Below are positions 28,512 to 38,958 of a stretch of DNA of 54,154 bases, piece by piece. Source of the stretch: Victivallaceae bacterium. Its GTDB lineage: Bacteria > Verrucomicrobiota > Lentisphaeria > Victivallales > Victivallaceae. The notes under the pieces were generated by a model that made no database searches, was not told where the DNA came from, and saw only the letters and a program-made list of their open reading frames with translations. The position numbers and the translations under genes were made by a program. Location of the stretch: positions 1 through 54,154 of the forward strand of contig JAZUPO010000229.1 in assembly GCA_045605205.1 (NCBI GenBank). Reading direction: 5' to 3'. Numbering within the stretch: position 1 is the first letter of the stretch; each line of letters begins with the position of its first letter.

Positions 28512-30452
28512 ATGCCCTATTCTCTCGGTGTTCCTCTTTTGCTGCTCCTGGAAAGCACCTTTATTTTTACCATTCTCGCCTTGCTTTTTCATCAGCGTTC
28601 CAACATCGGCAAGGCTCCTTTTGTTATGGTTTTTTCGGTTCTGACGGTGCTGACCTTTCTCACAATGGGAGCGGATATTCAGGCTCACCTCGGCAACGGA
28701 ATGTTTTTCCCCGTTCCCAAAGTAGTGATGTTCACTCCTGTCCTTACGGCATATCTGCTGGTCTACATCGTTGACGGCACCCTTGCTGCCCAACGCCTTA
28801 TATACGGTCTGCTGGCAGTTTCGATCGTCCTCATCTACATTGCGGAAATGGTTTTTCTGCAATGTTCCTGGAGTACATTTTCGCTCTCTGCGGGCGTTTC
28901 CGGAACCGCTCTTGAAGCGTTGCTCAATCAGGCCAAAGTGGCACTGCTCTCCTTTTTGGTGCCTTTGATATTTTCGATTTTTGCGATTCCCATTATATAT
29001 TCCAGCCTTGTCGAACTTAAATTCCCCCGTTTCTGGGCAGTTCTTATTGCGATGCTCAGCAGCGAAGTTATCATTTGGATCCCTCAATGGCTGCTTCAGC
29101 TCGGAGTAGGTCTGACTCCGACCTGGTTCAGCGATGAACATCTGGCCCAATTCGTTATGAATTTATGGCTGGGAATACTTCTTGGTTCCTATCTCAAATT
29201 GACGGAAAACGAAACGACTTTCCCTCAGCCCCGGCGTTCTCTTGATCTGTTCTTCGCCTTTTTCGGAAGCTACGGCCGCAGCAAGGAACTTGAACAGAAT
29301 CTTTCAGACTGGCAAAACCGTTACCGGCTGCTGCTGCGTAATGCCTCTGAAATCATCGTGATTTTTGACAATTCCAACAAGGTCAAAGAAGCTAATCTGG
29401 CAGCACGGCATCTTTTCGGAGCTGCGGTCAAACCCGGAAATGCCGCTCTTATTGACTCATTTTTCGACTTCACCCCCAAGGACTTCAGCTTTGGGGAATC
29501 CGCAAACGGGACAGCCGCATTCCGCTGTTCATATATGCCCCCCGACAGCACAGAACCGGTCAAACTCCACTGCTCCTGGAACACGGTCACTCTGATGAAT
29601 GAAGAACTCAGGATGCTTATTGCAAGAGACATCACTCAGGAAGTCAAACTCACAGAAGAAAAACGTTTTCTTGCCGAACAGCTCGACCACTCCCAGCGGC
29701 TGGAATCTTTGGGAGTACTGGCAGGCGGTGTTGCTCACGACTTCAACAATTACATTCACGCCATTCTGGGACACGTTGATGTCGCACAGCTCATCGGCCT
29801 CAGAGAAAAAAGCTGGACTCCCAAAATCCAGGACCATATGGACAAGATCATCACTATCGCAGAAAAAGCAGGTGAATTGACCAAACAACTTCTGGGTTTC
29901 GCCCGCCGGGGAAACTATGTCGAAACCGACTTTGATCCGGCAAAACTGTTTCAAAGTACATTTGACCTCATCGGCCCCCGGAAACTTGCCGATGTGGAAA
30001 TATGCTGCAAGGCCCCTGAAAACCGTTTTCTCATTCACTGCGATCAGCTTCAACTTCAGCAGGTTCTTGTGAATATCATCATCAATGCGATCTACGCTAT
30101 GGACAAAAATGAAAACACTCGCAAACTTGAAGCAACTCTTCTTTCAGCAGAGGAACTGCCGGAAAATGCGTTTTCCATCCCTGCGGGGATCACTCCCAGA
30201 GGAAAAGAACGCAAAGATTTCTGCTGTATCGTCATTTCAGATAATGGCAGCGGTATGGATAAAGAGACTATGTCCAAGATCTTTGAGCCTTTTTTCACAA
30301 CCAAGCCTCAGGGCGAAGGCAGCGGAATGGGTCTATCTATGGCTTACGGTATTGTCAATAACTGCGGCGGCTGGATCGCCGTTGAAAGTACCCCCGGAGC
30401 GGGGAGTACATTCCGCCTTTTTCTGCCGGACATAAAAAATAAGGGAGAGTAA
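28512..30452 (+). CDS. Membrane sensor histidine kinase (multi-TM N-domain, PAS-like, HisKA, HATPase_c)
   Basis: The H-box is GGVAHDFNNYI, an N-box is present, and the G-box is GSGMGLSMAYGIV. ATG 28512 lies directly after the gmhB stop. No response regulator is adjacent. Confidence 0.85.
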   Translation: MPYSLGVPLLLLLESTFIFTILALLFHQRSNIGKAPFVMVFSVLTVLTFLTMGADIQAHLGNGMFFPVPKVVMFTPVLTAYLLVYIVDGTLAAQRLIYGLLAVSIVLIYIAEMVFLQCSWSTFSLSAGVSGTALEALLNQAKVALLSFLVPLIFSIFAIPIIYSSLVELKFPRFWAVLIAMLSSEVIIWIPQWLLQLGVGLTPTWFSDEHLAQFVMNLWLGILLGSYLKLTENETTFPQPRRSLDLFFAFFGSYGRSKELEQNLSDWQNRYRLLLRNASEIIVIFDNSNKVKEANLAARHLFGAAVKPGNAALIDSFFDFTPKDFSFGESANGTAAFRCSYMPPDSTEPVKLHCSWNTVTLMNEELRMLIARDITQEVKLTEEKRFLAEQLDHSQRLESLGVLAGGVAHDFNNYIHAILGHVDVAQLIGLREKSWTPKIQDHMDKIITIAEKAGELTKQLLGFARRGNYVETDFDPAKLFQSTFDLIGPRKLADVEICCKAPENRFLIHCDQLQLQQVLVNIIINAIYAMDKNENTRKLEATLLSAEELPENAFSIPAGITPRGKERKDFCCIVISDNGSGMDKETMSKIFEPFFTTKPQGEGSGMGLSMAYGIVNNCGGWIAVESTPGAGSTFRLFLPDIKNKGE

Positions 30453-30456
30453 CACT

Positions 30457-31566
30457 ATGAACATTCTTATCATCGGCGGCGGCGTTGCCGCCTATGAAGC
30501 GGCTCTCGGGGCCGCTGAAAATCCAACGTGCCATATCACCGTCTGTTCCAATGAATCAGTCCGCCCTTACCGCCGGCCGGCACTTTCACGGATGGTGGCA
30601 GAAGAAATTTCAGATAGTGCCTTTTATTTCAAGCAGGCTGCTTTTTATCAGGAACACAACATTGATCTGAAACTGAATAAAACAGCTGTTTCCATCAATA
30701 AAGAAGAAAAAAATGTCACCTTTGAAGATGGGGATGTTCTTTCCTATGACCGCTTGATTCTTGCCGCAGGCGGCCACTCTTTTGTGCCTCCCGTTCCGGG
30801 AGCGGAATATGCCCATACATTCCGGGATTACCGGGATCTGGAATTGTTCCGCCGGAAACTTGACTCAGGCATCACTGATGCGGTCGTCATCGGTGCGGGC
30901 GTTCTTGGACTGGAACTTGCAGATTCTCTCATTGCCAAAGGATGCAATGTCACACTCGTTGAAGCCAAAGATACACTTTTGTCACGCAACCTTGATCCGG
31001 AAAGTTCAGCTGTTGTTATGAAGCATCTGCGAGGTGTTCCGGGAGTTACTGTCAAAAACAACAGCCGGGTCCTTGAGATCACGCCTGACAGCGTTATCCT
31101 CGAAAATGAAACGCTCTCCTCAGAGTTGACCGTATTTTCAACAGGTATCAGAAGCAATACAAATTTGGCCCTGAGTGCAGGCTTGACCGTCAACAGAGGG
31201 ATCGTTGTGGATGACCGGATGATAACTTCTGACTCCTCTATTTTCTGCTGCGGCGACGCTGCTGAACCGCCCTCAGGTTGTACCGGGCTGCTTCCTGCTG
31301 CCAAATCGATGGGCCATATTGCGGGAGTCAATGCGGCGGGCGGCAGTGAACATTTTGTTCCTGAAGCCTACCCCATCCGGCTTATGGCTCTGGGGCTCAA
31401 ACTTTTCGCTGCCGGAAAAACAGCAGATGCCTCCTCAGAAATTTCCCGGGATGAAAACGGCAATTATCAACGGCTGACCCGGAACAAAGAAGGAAAACTT
31501 ACCGGAATAATCCTCATAGGCGACCTGAAATCTGCCGTCAGACTGCAAAAGGAGATGGTCTGTTGA
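30457..31566 (+). CDS. FAD-dependent pyridine nucleotide-disulfide family oxidoreductase
   Basis: ILIIGGGVAAYEAA is the FAD GxGxxA motif, VVIGAGVLGLELA is the NAD site, and CCGDAAE is the distal FAD motif. Confidence 0.8.
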   Translation: MNILIIGGGVAAYEAALGAAENPTCHITVCSNESVRPYRRPALSRMVAEEISDSAFYFKQAAFYQEHNIDLKLNKTAVSINKEEKNVTFEDGDVLSYDRLILAAGGHSFVPPVPGAEYAHTFRDYRDLELFRRKLDSGITDAVVIGAGVLGLELADSLIAKGCNVTLVEAKDTLLSRNLDPESSAVVMKHLRGVPGVTVKNNSRVLEITPDSVILENETLSSELTVFSTGIRSNTNLALSAGLTVNRGIVVDDRMITSDSSIFCCGDAAEPPSGCTGLLPAAKSMGHIAGVNAAGGSEHFVPEAYPIRLMALGLKLFAAGKTADASSEISRDENGNYQRLTRNKEGKLTGIILIGDLKSAVRLQKEMVC

Positions 31567-32690
31567 AGCTGTGCAAATTCAAAGTTGATGCCATTGCCTA
31601 CGGCGGCGAGGCTGTCGGCCGGCTCGATTCGGGTGAGGTCTGTTTTTTCCGCGGAGCACTTCCCGGAGAAGAGGTTGAAGTCGAGATCACAGAAGAAAAA
31701 AAACGCTTTGTCAGAGGAAAATTAAAAAAACTTCTGAGTACTTCTCTTTCCCGGAGAGCCCCCCTCTGTCCCTATGCTGAATTCTGTCCCGGATGTTCGT
31801 TCCAGCATTGTACTTATGAACTTGAACAGGAATGGAAACAGAAACAGTTTGAAAGGTTCCTCAAAAATTTTCCGGGTGAAAGAGTCCCCTTCTTTCCCTC
31901 TCCTCAACGTTTTTTCTGGAGGAACCGGCTTAAAGTCGCCTGCGAAAAGGGCCTTGCCGGATACAGAGGATTTGACAACACAACTCTTCTGCCAATTTCC
32001 CGCTGTCTGCTTTGCAGTGAAGAGATAAATACGATATTCTCTCAAACGCCTGTTCCCGACACGGGCAGTTTGTTTTTCCGTTCCACTCCGGACGGCAGCT
32101 GCGAAATAAGCACTTGCAGGGAAAAATATTTGACTGAACACATCCCCGGGGCGGGAACATTCAAAGTCCCCGTCAGAGGATTTTTTCAAACCAATATTCC
32201 TGTTGCCGCGGAACTCTGCTCGCAAGTCACCCAGGCCATTGCAGAAACAGGAGCACAAACAATGGTTGAACTTTTCTGCGGAGTGGGCGTTTTTTCCATA
32301 GCGGCCGCCCGGAAAATCCCCACACTCCGCACTTACGGAATAGAACTTGCAGCTGATTCCATTGAAGCGGCATTTCTCAATGCCGCCGCCAACGGCGTAC
32401 AGGAGCGATGCCGTTTTCAGGCAGGCGATGCCGCCTCTTTTGACATCGGGAAAAAATGCGATCTGCTGCTGCTTGACCCTCCCCGGAGCGGTTTGGAAAA
32501 GAAACTTGTCAACAAGATCCTGAAAAGCGGCATACCTCATATTCTTTACGTTTCCTGCGGTCCCGACACTTTGCAGCGGGATCTGCAACTGCTCTCATCC
32601 CGTTATACAGTGATCCGTTCAGGGGCACTGGATATGTTTCCCTGTACCGCTCATTTTGAAACTTTTACGATATTGAACTTGTCAAAATAA
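31563..32690 (+). CDS. RumA/RlmD-like RNA (uracil-5)-methyltransferase with TRAM domain and Fe-S cysteine cluster
   Basis: There is a TRAM-like N-terminus, a CPYAEFCPGCSFQHC cluster, and the SAM-MTase motifs ELFCGVG and LDPPRSG. The TTG start overlaps the upstream stop. Confidence 0.8.
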   Translation: MKLCKFKVDAIAYGGEAVGRLDSGEVCFFRGALPGEEVEVEITEEKKRFVRGKLKKLLSTSLSRRAPLCPYAEFCPGCSFQHCTYELEQEWKQKQFERFLKNFPGERVPFFPSPQRFFWRNRLKVACEKGLAGYRGFDNTTLLPISRCLLCSEEINTIFSQTPVPDTGSLFFRSTPDGSCEISTCREKYLTEHIPGAGTFKVPVRGFFQTNIPVAAELCSQVTQAIAETGAQTMVELFCGVGVFSIAAARKIPTLRTYGIELAADSIEAAFLNAAANGVQERCRFQAGDAASFDIGKKCDLLLLDPPRSGLEKKLVNKILKSGIPHILYVSCGPDTLQRDLQLLSSRYTVIRSGALDMFPCTAHFETFTILNLSK

Positions 32691-32707
32691 GTTTCAGGAT
32701 ATATATT
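32679..32707 (+). promoter_or_regulatory. Putative promoter of the NagA-like gene (TTGTCA-17-TATATT)
   Basis: It overlaps the 3' end of the methyltransferase gene. An AAGGAG RBS lies upstream of ATG 32747. Confidence 0.4.
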
Positions 32708-32746
32708 ATAGAAAATTCCCAATTTTTTCATAAGGAGAAAACAAAA

Positions 32747-33655
32747 ATGAAAAATCCCGGCTGGATCGATTTGCAGGTCAACGGTCATAACGGCGTTGAC
32801 TTTTCCAATCCCGAACTGACAGAAGATATGGTCATCAAAGCGTGCGAAGAACTTTTCGCCGCCGGTACAGATATCTTTCTGCCCACGATCATCACCGGTC
32901 CTATGGAACTTTACCGCCGCAACATCCCCATTATCAAAAAAGCTGTTGAGTCCCACGGCTTTGCCGACAAAGTTCCCGGTGTCCACCTGGAAGGCCCCTT
33001 CATTTCCAACACTCCCGGAGCTGTGGGTGCTCACAACCCCGCCTGGGTCCAGATTCCTTCAAAAGAAGCTGTCGATCAGCTCAATGCTGACGGATTCATC
33101 AAGATCATCACCATTGGTGCCGATGCCCAGAATGCTCCCGAAGCCATTGCCCGGGCCCGGGAAGTCGGTATCCACGTTTCAGTGGGCCACCATATGGCCA
33201 ACTATGAACAGGTCAAAGCTGCCGCCGATGCCGGAGCTGAACTGCTGACCCATCTGGGCAACGGCTGTCCCAACCTTATTGACCGTCACAACAATCCGGT
33301 TTGGGCCGGTCTTGCCGAAGAACGGCTTACTGCAATGTGTATTTCTGACGGACATCATCTCCCCGGTGATCTGCTCAAGGTTTTCATCCGTACCAAAGGT
33401 GTGGACAAGATGATCATCACCAGCGATCAGGCTGAAGCTACCGGATTCAAACCCGGCCGTTACTTTGTCCTGGGCAACGATGCTGTTCTTGAGCCCAACG
33501 GCAAACTCCACAACCCGGTCAAAAAGTGCCTGGTGGGCTCTGCCTCCACCATCGGTATGTGTATGGACTTCCTTGAATCCCTCAACATCTGGAGCGAGGA
33601 AGAACTCACCAAAATGGGACGCACCAACGCACTGGCTCTGCTCAACAGCAAATAA
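32747..33655 (+). CDS. NagA-like amidohydrolase (N-acetylglucosamine-6-phosphate deacetylase family core only)
   Basis: DLQVNGHNGVDF, LPTIIT, GVHLEGPFI, SVGHH and THLGNG align with the E. coli NagA core (from memory). At 302 aa it lacks the flanking beta-sandwich. Confidence 0.7.
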   Translation: MKNPGWIDLQVNGHNGVDFSNPELTEDMVIKACEELFAAGTDIFLPTIITGPMELYRRNIPIIKKAVESHGFADKVPGVHLEGPFISNTPGAVGAHNPAWVQIPSKEAVDQLNADGFIKIITIGADAQNAPEAIARAREVGIHVSVGHHMANYEQVKAAADAGAELLTHLGNGCPNLIDRHNNPVWAGLAEERLTAMCISDGHHLPGDLLKVFIRTKGVDKMIITSDQAEATGFKPGRYFVLGNDAVLEPNGKLHNPVKKCLVGSASTIGMCMDFLESLNIWSEEELTKMGRTNALALLNSK

Positions 33656-33684
33656 TCAAACAAGATATCGGTTTGAACTATCGG

Positions 33685-33718
33685 CTCTCAAGGCATAAAA
33701 AGCCTTGAGAGTTTTTTA
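33685..33718 (+). terminator. Rho-independent terminator after the NagA-like gene
   Basis: A perfect 10-bp stem CTCTCAAGGC / GCCTTGAGAG, a 7-nt loop and a T6 run. Confidence 0.65.
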
Positions 33719-33777
33719 TTAGCAGTCTGAATCAGGAAAGCTGCCGGATTTCGCTTGAATAAAGTGCCCCGATCATC

Positions 33778-33806
33778 TTGCAATAAAGCTTAAATGACAT
33801 TATATT
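33778..33806 (+). promoter_or_regulatory. Putative promoter of the metallophosphoesterase / G1PDH-like operon (TTGCAA-17-TATATT)
   Basis: Plus-strand hexamers downstream of the terminator at 33685-33718. Confidence 0.45.
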
Positions 33807-33846
33807 ATAGAAGCAGTTGATTTTTTACAATAAAAAGGAAAATATT

Positions 33847-34971
33847 ATGATGACTCTTGCAGATTTGCCGAGTGAAATTTTTGCCTCAACCCCGGTTGTG
33901 TATGCAGTGGGGGCTGAATATCAGATTTTCGTCCTTACTTCTTCCAAAACCGTTATGTGGTGCAAGATCGGCGACAAGGAATATTATGACGATTCCAACG
34001 GCGTTTTGCGTTCAGAAAGCCCCTTCCATAAGATCATTGTTCCCGCCGCAGAACTGGATAATGCCGGAATGTATACCATTGGCTACCGCAGATTTCAGGA
34101 GCGGGTCCCCTACTATAACAAAGCAGATATTGAAGGTGAAGTTTCTTTCAAATTCCGTAAAGTCGCTGCAGCTGAACCCAAATTCTATTTGATTTCAGAC
34201 GTACATAATCAGCTGGAAGCAGGCGTCAATGCGGCCAGATCTTTCAGCGAAATGGATTTTCTTGTTGTCAACGGCGACATCCACGATAACAGCGAAACGC
34301 CCGAACGTCTGATGCTTGCTCACAAGATCGCTTCTGAAATTACCGGCGGCGAGATTCCGGTGGTCTATTCAAGGGGCAACCACGACTTGCGGGGAAGTTG
34401 GGCAGAACGTCAGGCAGAATTCACCCCCACCGACAGCGGCCGCTCCTATTACACCTTCCGTCTGGGAAACACCTGGGGCATCGTGCTGGACTGCGGCGAA
34501 GACAAACCCGATGAAAGTATCGAATACGGCGGTGTCAATTGCTGTCATAACTTCCGTCTGCGTGAGACAGCTTTCCTTGAGAAAGTCATTGCCGATGCTG
34601 ACCGTGAATACAATGCTCCCGGCGTGGAGTACAAACTTGTTATTTCCCACATCAACTTTACCGAGCCCCATAAGCCTCCTTTCAACATTGAGTATGACAT
34701 CTACGGCAAATGGTGCACTTTGATCCGTGAAAACATCAAACCTGCTGCCTATTTCCACGGTCATATCCACAAAAATTACGTTTCTCTTCCCGGTGGAGAA
34801 AGCGATATTTTCAATCAGGGAGCTCCCGTTATTGTGGCAGGCGTTCCTGTCAGAAAAGAAAATGAAAGCGGCTTTACCGGTGGAGCCATCACTCTTGCCA
34901 AAAATAAAATCACCGTTTCTTTTATCAGCAATACCGGAACTGTTGCAGAAACGATCGAAATTTCAAGATAA
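33847..34971 (+). CDS. Calcineurin-like metallophosphoesterase
   Basis: SDVH, NGDIHDN, GNHD and GHIH motifs are present. The ATG at 33847/33850 lies downstream of the promoter at 33778-33806. Confidence 0.8.
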   Translation: MMTLADLPSEIFASTPVVYAVGAEYQIFVLTSSKTVMWCKIGDKEYYDDSNGVLRSESPFHKIIVPAAELDNAGMYTIGYRRFQERVPYYNKADIEGEVSFKFRKVAAAEPKFYLISDVHNQLEAGVNAARSFSEMDFLVVNGDIHDNSETPERLMLAHKIASEITGGEIPVVYSRGNHDLRGSWAERQAEFTPTDSGRSYYTFRLGNTWGIVLDCGEDKPDESIEYGGVNCCHNFRLRETAFLEKVIADADREYNAPGVEYKLVISHINFTEPHKPPFNIEYDIYGKWCTLIRENIKPAAYFHGHIHKNYVSLPGGESDIFNQGAPVIVAGVPVRKENESGFTGGAITLAKNKITVSFISNTGTVAETIEISR

Positions 34972-34995
34972 CTCAATTTGCAGGAAATTTTCACT

Positions 34996-36300
34996 ATGAA
35001 TAAGAGTTCTATGCCTACGATCCCGATCCCCTCAGGACTTGATACCCGCTGTTTTGTCCTCGGTGAAGGTGCTTTGAAATATCTACCTCAGCTCCTTCAG
35101 CAGGAGTTTCCCGGCCTTACGCCCTGGGTCATTGCTGACACCAACACCTGGGAAGCCGCCGGAGCGGAAGCCCGGAAATTACTTATTGAAGCCGGAATGA
35201 CTCCTGCGGAGCCTTATATTTTCCCCGGCACACCAGTGCTGCATCCCGACTTTGCCTATTCGGAACTTCTCGCATCTCAGATGCCCGCAAACTGCGTTCC
35301 TGTGGCTGTGGGTTCCGGAGTGCTCAACGATCTGGTCAAGTGTGCTTCAGGACTCAAAAATGTCCGTTACTGCTGTGTTCCCACGGCCTGTTCCGTTGAC
35401 GGCTTCACCTCTGCCGGAGCAGCTCTTGCTGTCAATCACAACAAACAGACAGTCAAGTGCCCTCCCCCGGCAGCACTTTGTGCAGATACCACCGTTATGG
35501 CGACCGCCCCTGCCCCGATGCTGAGTTCCGGATTTGCCGATTTGCTGACCAAAGTGGTTGCCGGGGCCGACTGGATCATTGCAGATGCAGTCGGCGAACA
35601 GGCCATCAGAAGCGACGTCTGGGAGCTGATCCAGGGAAATATCCGCCGCTGGGTGGCTGATTCCAAAGATATGCTCAATATTTTTGAAGGTCTGGCAGCC
35701 ACAGGGTACAGTATGCAGATGATGCTTGACAGCCGTCCGGCTTCCGGTTCAGAACATCTTTTCAGCCACGTCTGGGAAATGGAAGGACTGCAGAAAGACG
35801 GCCTTGACGTCTCACACGGATTCAAAGTGGGTGTAGGGCTGCTTGCGACCTCTTTGCTTATGGAGTTCATCATCAACAACGACTATGAAACTGTCAGTCA
35901 AAAAGCACAAGCTCCCTTGACCATAGCGGAGCGTACCGCAGAAATCGACCGTCTGCTCATTAAAAATTGTTACGGTGCCGAACCGAAAAAAATATCTCTT
36001 GCCAAATTCCGTACCGGCGACGCTGCCATTGAACGCCGAACCCTTATCGGAAAGGTTTGGAAATCTCTGGCGGAAAAGTTGAAAAAGCAGCTTTACACCT
36101 ATGAAGAACTCCGTGCGATGCTCAAAGCAGCCAACTGTCCTCTGACTCCGGCAGAGATCGGCTTGAGCAGAGAACAATTCCTCCACGGAATAAAAACAGC
36201 ACAGCTCATTCGGAACCGCTACACCGTACTGGATTTCCTGTATGAAGCAGGTCTCCTTGATGAAGCGATGAAAAATCTTGACCGGATGATCGTTGAATAA
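34996..36300 (+). CDS. Iron-containing alcohol dehydrogenase / sn-glycerol-1-phosphate dehydrogenase (AraM/EgsA-like) family protein
   Basis: VAVGSGVLNDLVK is the GGG..D..K-type motif of the DHQS-like fold, and SGSEHLFSHVWE is the metal-ligand motif typical of G1PDH-like enzymes. Confidence 0.7.
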   Translation: MNKSSMPTIPIPSGLDTRCFVLGEGALKYLPQLLQQEFPGLTPWVIADTNTWEAAGAEARKLLIEAGMTPAEPYIFPGTPVLHPDFAYSELLASQMPANCVPVAVGSGVLNDLVKCASGLKNVRYCCVPTACSVDGFTSAGAALAVNHNKQTVKCPPPAALCADTTVMATAPAPMLSSGFADLLTKVVAGADWIIADAVGEQAIRSDVWELIQGNIRRWVADSKDMLNIFEGLAATGYSMQMMLDSRPASGSEHLFSHVWEMEGLQKDGLDVSHGFKVGVGLLATSLLMEFIINNDYETVSQKAQAPLTIAERTAEIDRLLIKNCYGAEPKKISLAKFRTGDAAIERRTLIGKVWKSLAEKLKKQLYTYEELRAMLKAANCPLTPAEIGLSREQFLHGIKTAQLIRNRYTVLDFLYEAGLLDEAMKNLDRMIVE

Positions 36301-36344
36301 TTCTTCCATTCAGAAAAAATCTTGTGTGGACAAAACTTCTGAAA

Positions 36345-36391
36345 TAAAAAAGACCGGCCGTAACATTTGTGTTGCGTCCGGTCGCTTTTTT
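36345..36391. terminator. Bidirectional terminator between convergent genes
   Basis: An A-run, a GACCGG...CCGGTC hairpin and a T-run lie between the stops at 36300 (+) and 36411 (-). Confidence 0.45.
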
Positions 36392-36410
36392 CCTCTGATT
36401 TGACTTATTG

Positions 36411-37292
36411 TCACTCCCGGCATATAAAAACGGCTCCGATGATCAAACACATTCCAATTCCGGCAGCAAGGGTCATATTCTCCTGAAAGCACACACACCC
36501 GACCGCAGTTCCGACTGCCGGTTCGATTGTTGCAGCAATGGCAGCCGTTGAGGGGGCAAGTCTTTTCAATCCGGCAGTGTAGGCATAGTAAGGCAATATG
36601 GTCACGATCAATACAAGTCCTGCCAGCAAGCTCCAAAGCTGCCAATTGCCGTTTCGGGCGATATGCAGTGTATTTTCCCAATCCAATATAAAAGTTCCGG
36701 CACATCCGGCAAAAATAAATGTCCACAAAGTGATTGCCGCATTGCTGTAATTTCTGATCTGGGCATAACGGCTGAATATGGTAAAAAGAGCGTAAAAAAA
36801 GGCTGCCCCAACGCCCATAAGCAGCACTTTGGGCGAAAGAACTCCTCCTGAAGAAAACACACCGCTCACAAATACACACCCGGCAATCACAGAAAGCAAG
36901 GCCAGAATTTTTCGCAAAGAAAGTTTCTCTTTGAAACAGATGACCGACATAACCATTACAAATGCCGGAGACGTATAGAGCAAAACGACAGCTGTATTGA
37001 CCGTGGTGTATTTGATTGCAGAAAAATAACAGATATTGAAAAATATGATGCTTACGATTCCGCATCCGGCCATACACCACACGTTCCGGAGTTTCAATTT
37101 GAACGCCTCCCGGCAGAATAAGGCAAAAGAACTCCCCAGTATCAATGCCGCTCCCAATGCCCGTAAAGCAGCAATATCCACCGGACGGAATCCCACACTG
37201 ATCAGGTTGCGGACAAACAATCCCATAGATCCCCAACAGATACCGGCGATCAGGACAAAAAATATGCCAACGCGGAAGTCCTTATTTTTCAT
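36411..37292 (-). CDS. EamA/DMT-family membrane transporter
   Basis: A 293-aa, 10-TM protein with duplicated EamA-type halves. The overlapping 36310..37236 ORF in another frame is Cys/Arg-rich and was rejected. Confidence 0.75.
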   Translation of the reverse strand: MKNKDFRVGIFFVLIAGICWGSMGLFVRNLISVGFRPVDIAALRALGAALILGSSFALFCREAFKLKLRNVWCMAGCGIVSIIFFNICYFSAIKYTTVNTAVVLLYTSPAFVMVMSVICFKEKLSLRKILALLSVIAGCVFVSGVFSSGGVLSPKVLLMGVGAAFFYALFTIFSRYAQIRNYSNAAITLWTFIFAGCAGTFILDWENTLHIARNGNWQLWSLLAGLVLIVTILPYYAYTAGLKRLAPSTAAIAATIEPAVGTAVGCVCFQENMTLAAGIGMCLIIGAVFICRE

Positions 37293-37342
37293 ATTCCACA
37301 GTATCCTGCCAGGTATAAAAATCTGTTGAAAGATTTTTGAGG

Positions 37343-38872
37343 TCAGTCGATTTTTTCTCTTGATTTTTCAAAAATGTCAATGACCTCTTTTTCAGGCCTC
37401 TTGTCAGCAAGAGAAACGATGACCGCCGCCAGCAGCCCTGCCGCAAAACCGGGAATGATCTCATAAAGAGAAGTCCACGCCATAAAAACATACCAGAGAC
37501 CATCAACCAGAAATCCGGTAAGAATTCCTGCGAAAGCCCCCCAGTAAGTCAGACGTTTCCAAAAGAGTGCCAAAAGCATCACAGGTCCGAAAGCGGCTCC
37601 GAAGGCTCCCCAGGCACAGGAAACAAGCCCCATAATTCCTTTGCAATCCGGGCTTGAAGCAATCAGAAAAGCCACAATAGAGATAAACACCACAATAAAA
37701 CGTCCGGCCCGGAGCATTTCATTGTCAGAAGCTTTTTTACGCAGCAGAGGCTTGTACAAGTCAGATGCAAAGGCCGAAGAAGAAGCAAGGAGTTGGGAAT
37801 CTGCCGTGCTCATTGCCGCAGCAAGAATGGCTGACAACATAATTCCTGCAAAAAAGCTCCAGACAGCCACCATACCCACATTCTGTCCGATCCAGTCAGC
37901 AACGCTTCTGATCATATTGATAAAGACCAGAGTATTGGCATCTTTGGCAATTGTCAACGCATCCCCCAGATAGGATCTGCCGATCAAACCGACAGCACTG
38001 GAAGCAAGGATGATCAAGATAAACCAGGAACAGCCGATGATCTGGGACTTACGCATCTCTTTTTCATCCTTGACGGCAATATACCGGATGAGGATATGGG
38101 GCATTCCGAAATATCCGAGCCCCCAACCGAGGCCGGTGAGGATATCGCTGATACTTTTCCAGTTCCAGCTGCCGCCTGACAGCCAGTTCCAATAATGAGC
38201 GGGAATCACGCCCTGAGGTGCCGTAAATGTTGGAAGTGCCATAATTCCGGCACAGCACAGAGGAATCAGCATAAGAGCTCCCAGCATCAGCATCCCCTGA
38301 AAGAAGTCTGTCCAGCAGACAGCATTGAATCCACCGAGAAAAGTATAGATCACAATGACCACAGTTGCTGCGATCATTGCCGTTTTCGGCTCGATCCCCA
38401 GCACCGTATTGGCAAGGGTTCCGCAAACATAAAGGCTTGATGCAGAATAGACACAATAGGTAATCACAAAGACAATGGCCGAAAGCACCATAATCTCCTT
38501 ACGGTTGGAACAGAAACGCCTGGTCAGAAATTGAGGGATCGTAATAGAATCCCCCGCTGCAATGGAATACCGCCGCAGCACCGGAGCCACAAGAAGCCAC
38601 GCACAGAAAGTCCCCAGCGTCAACCCCACAGCGATCCAAAGCTGCCCCATACCGTACATATAGATAGCCCCCGGCAATCCCATAAGCACCCAGGCACTCA
38701 TATCAGAAGCTCCGGCAGACAATGCGGACACCCAGCCATTCATCTCGCGGCCGCCCAGAAAATAAGATTTCTCTCCACCGGTACTTTTGCGTTCTTTAAC
38801 AAAGAAATAAATTCCGATATACAAAACAAGCATCAAATAGACCAGCAAAGCTGCAAGTTCGGGTATTTTCAT
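37343..38872 (-). CDS. putP: Sodium:proline symporter (SSS family)
   Basis: YFLGGREMNGWVSALSAGASDMSAWVLMGLPGAIY matches the PutP signature, and the protein has 13 TM helices. Confidence 0.85.
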   Translation of the reverse strand: MKIPELAALLVYLMLVLYIGIYFFVKERKSTGGEKSYFLGGREMNGWVSALSAGASDMSAWVLMGLPGAIYMYGMGQLWIAVGLTLGTFCAWLLVAPVLRRYSIAAGDSITIPQFLTRRFCSNRKEIMVLSAIVFVITYCVYSASSLYVCGTLANTVLGIEPKTAMIAATVVIVIYTFLGGFNAVCWTDFFQGMLMLGALMLIPLCCAGIMALPTFTAPQGVIPAHYWNWLSGGSWNWKSISDILTGLGWGLGYFGMPHILIRYIAVKDEKEMRKSQIIGCSWFILIILASSAVGLIGRSYLGDALTIAKDANTLVFINMIRSVADWIGQNVGMVAVWSFFAGIMLSAILAAAMSTADSQLLASSSAFASDLYKPLLRKKASDNEMLRAGRFIVVFISIVAFLIASSPDCKGIMGLVSCAWGAFGAAFGPVMLLALFWKRLTYWGAFAGILTGFLVDGLWYVFMAWTSLYEIIPGFAAGLLAAVIVSLADKRPEKEVIDIFEKSREKID

Positions 38873-38907
38873 AAAAAAAGCTCCTTTTTAGAAATAAAAA
38901 TCTTATT

Positions 38908-38936
38908 AATATAGCACAATATCAATTGTTTTTCAA
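38908..38936 (-). promoter_or_regulatory. Putative promoter of putP (TTGAAA-17-TGcTATATT)
   Basis: Minus-strand hexamers with an extended -10, between the DUF1559 terminator and the putP ATG. Confidence 0.45.
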
Positions 38937-38958
38937 CCTTATAGAAATACAAAGAAAC

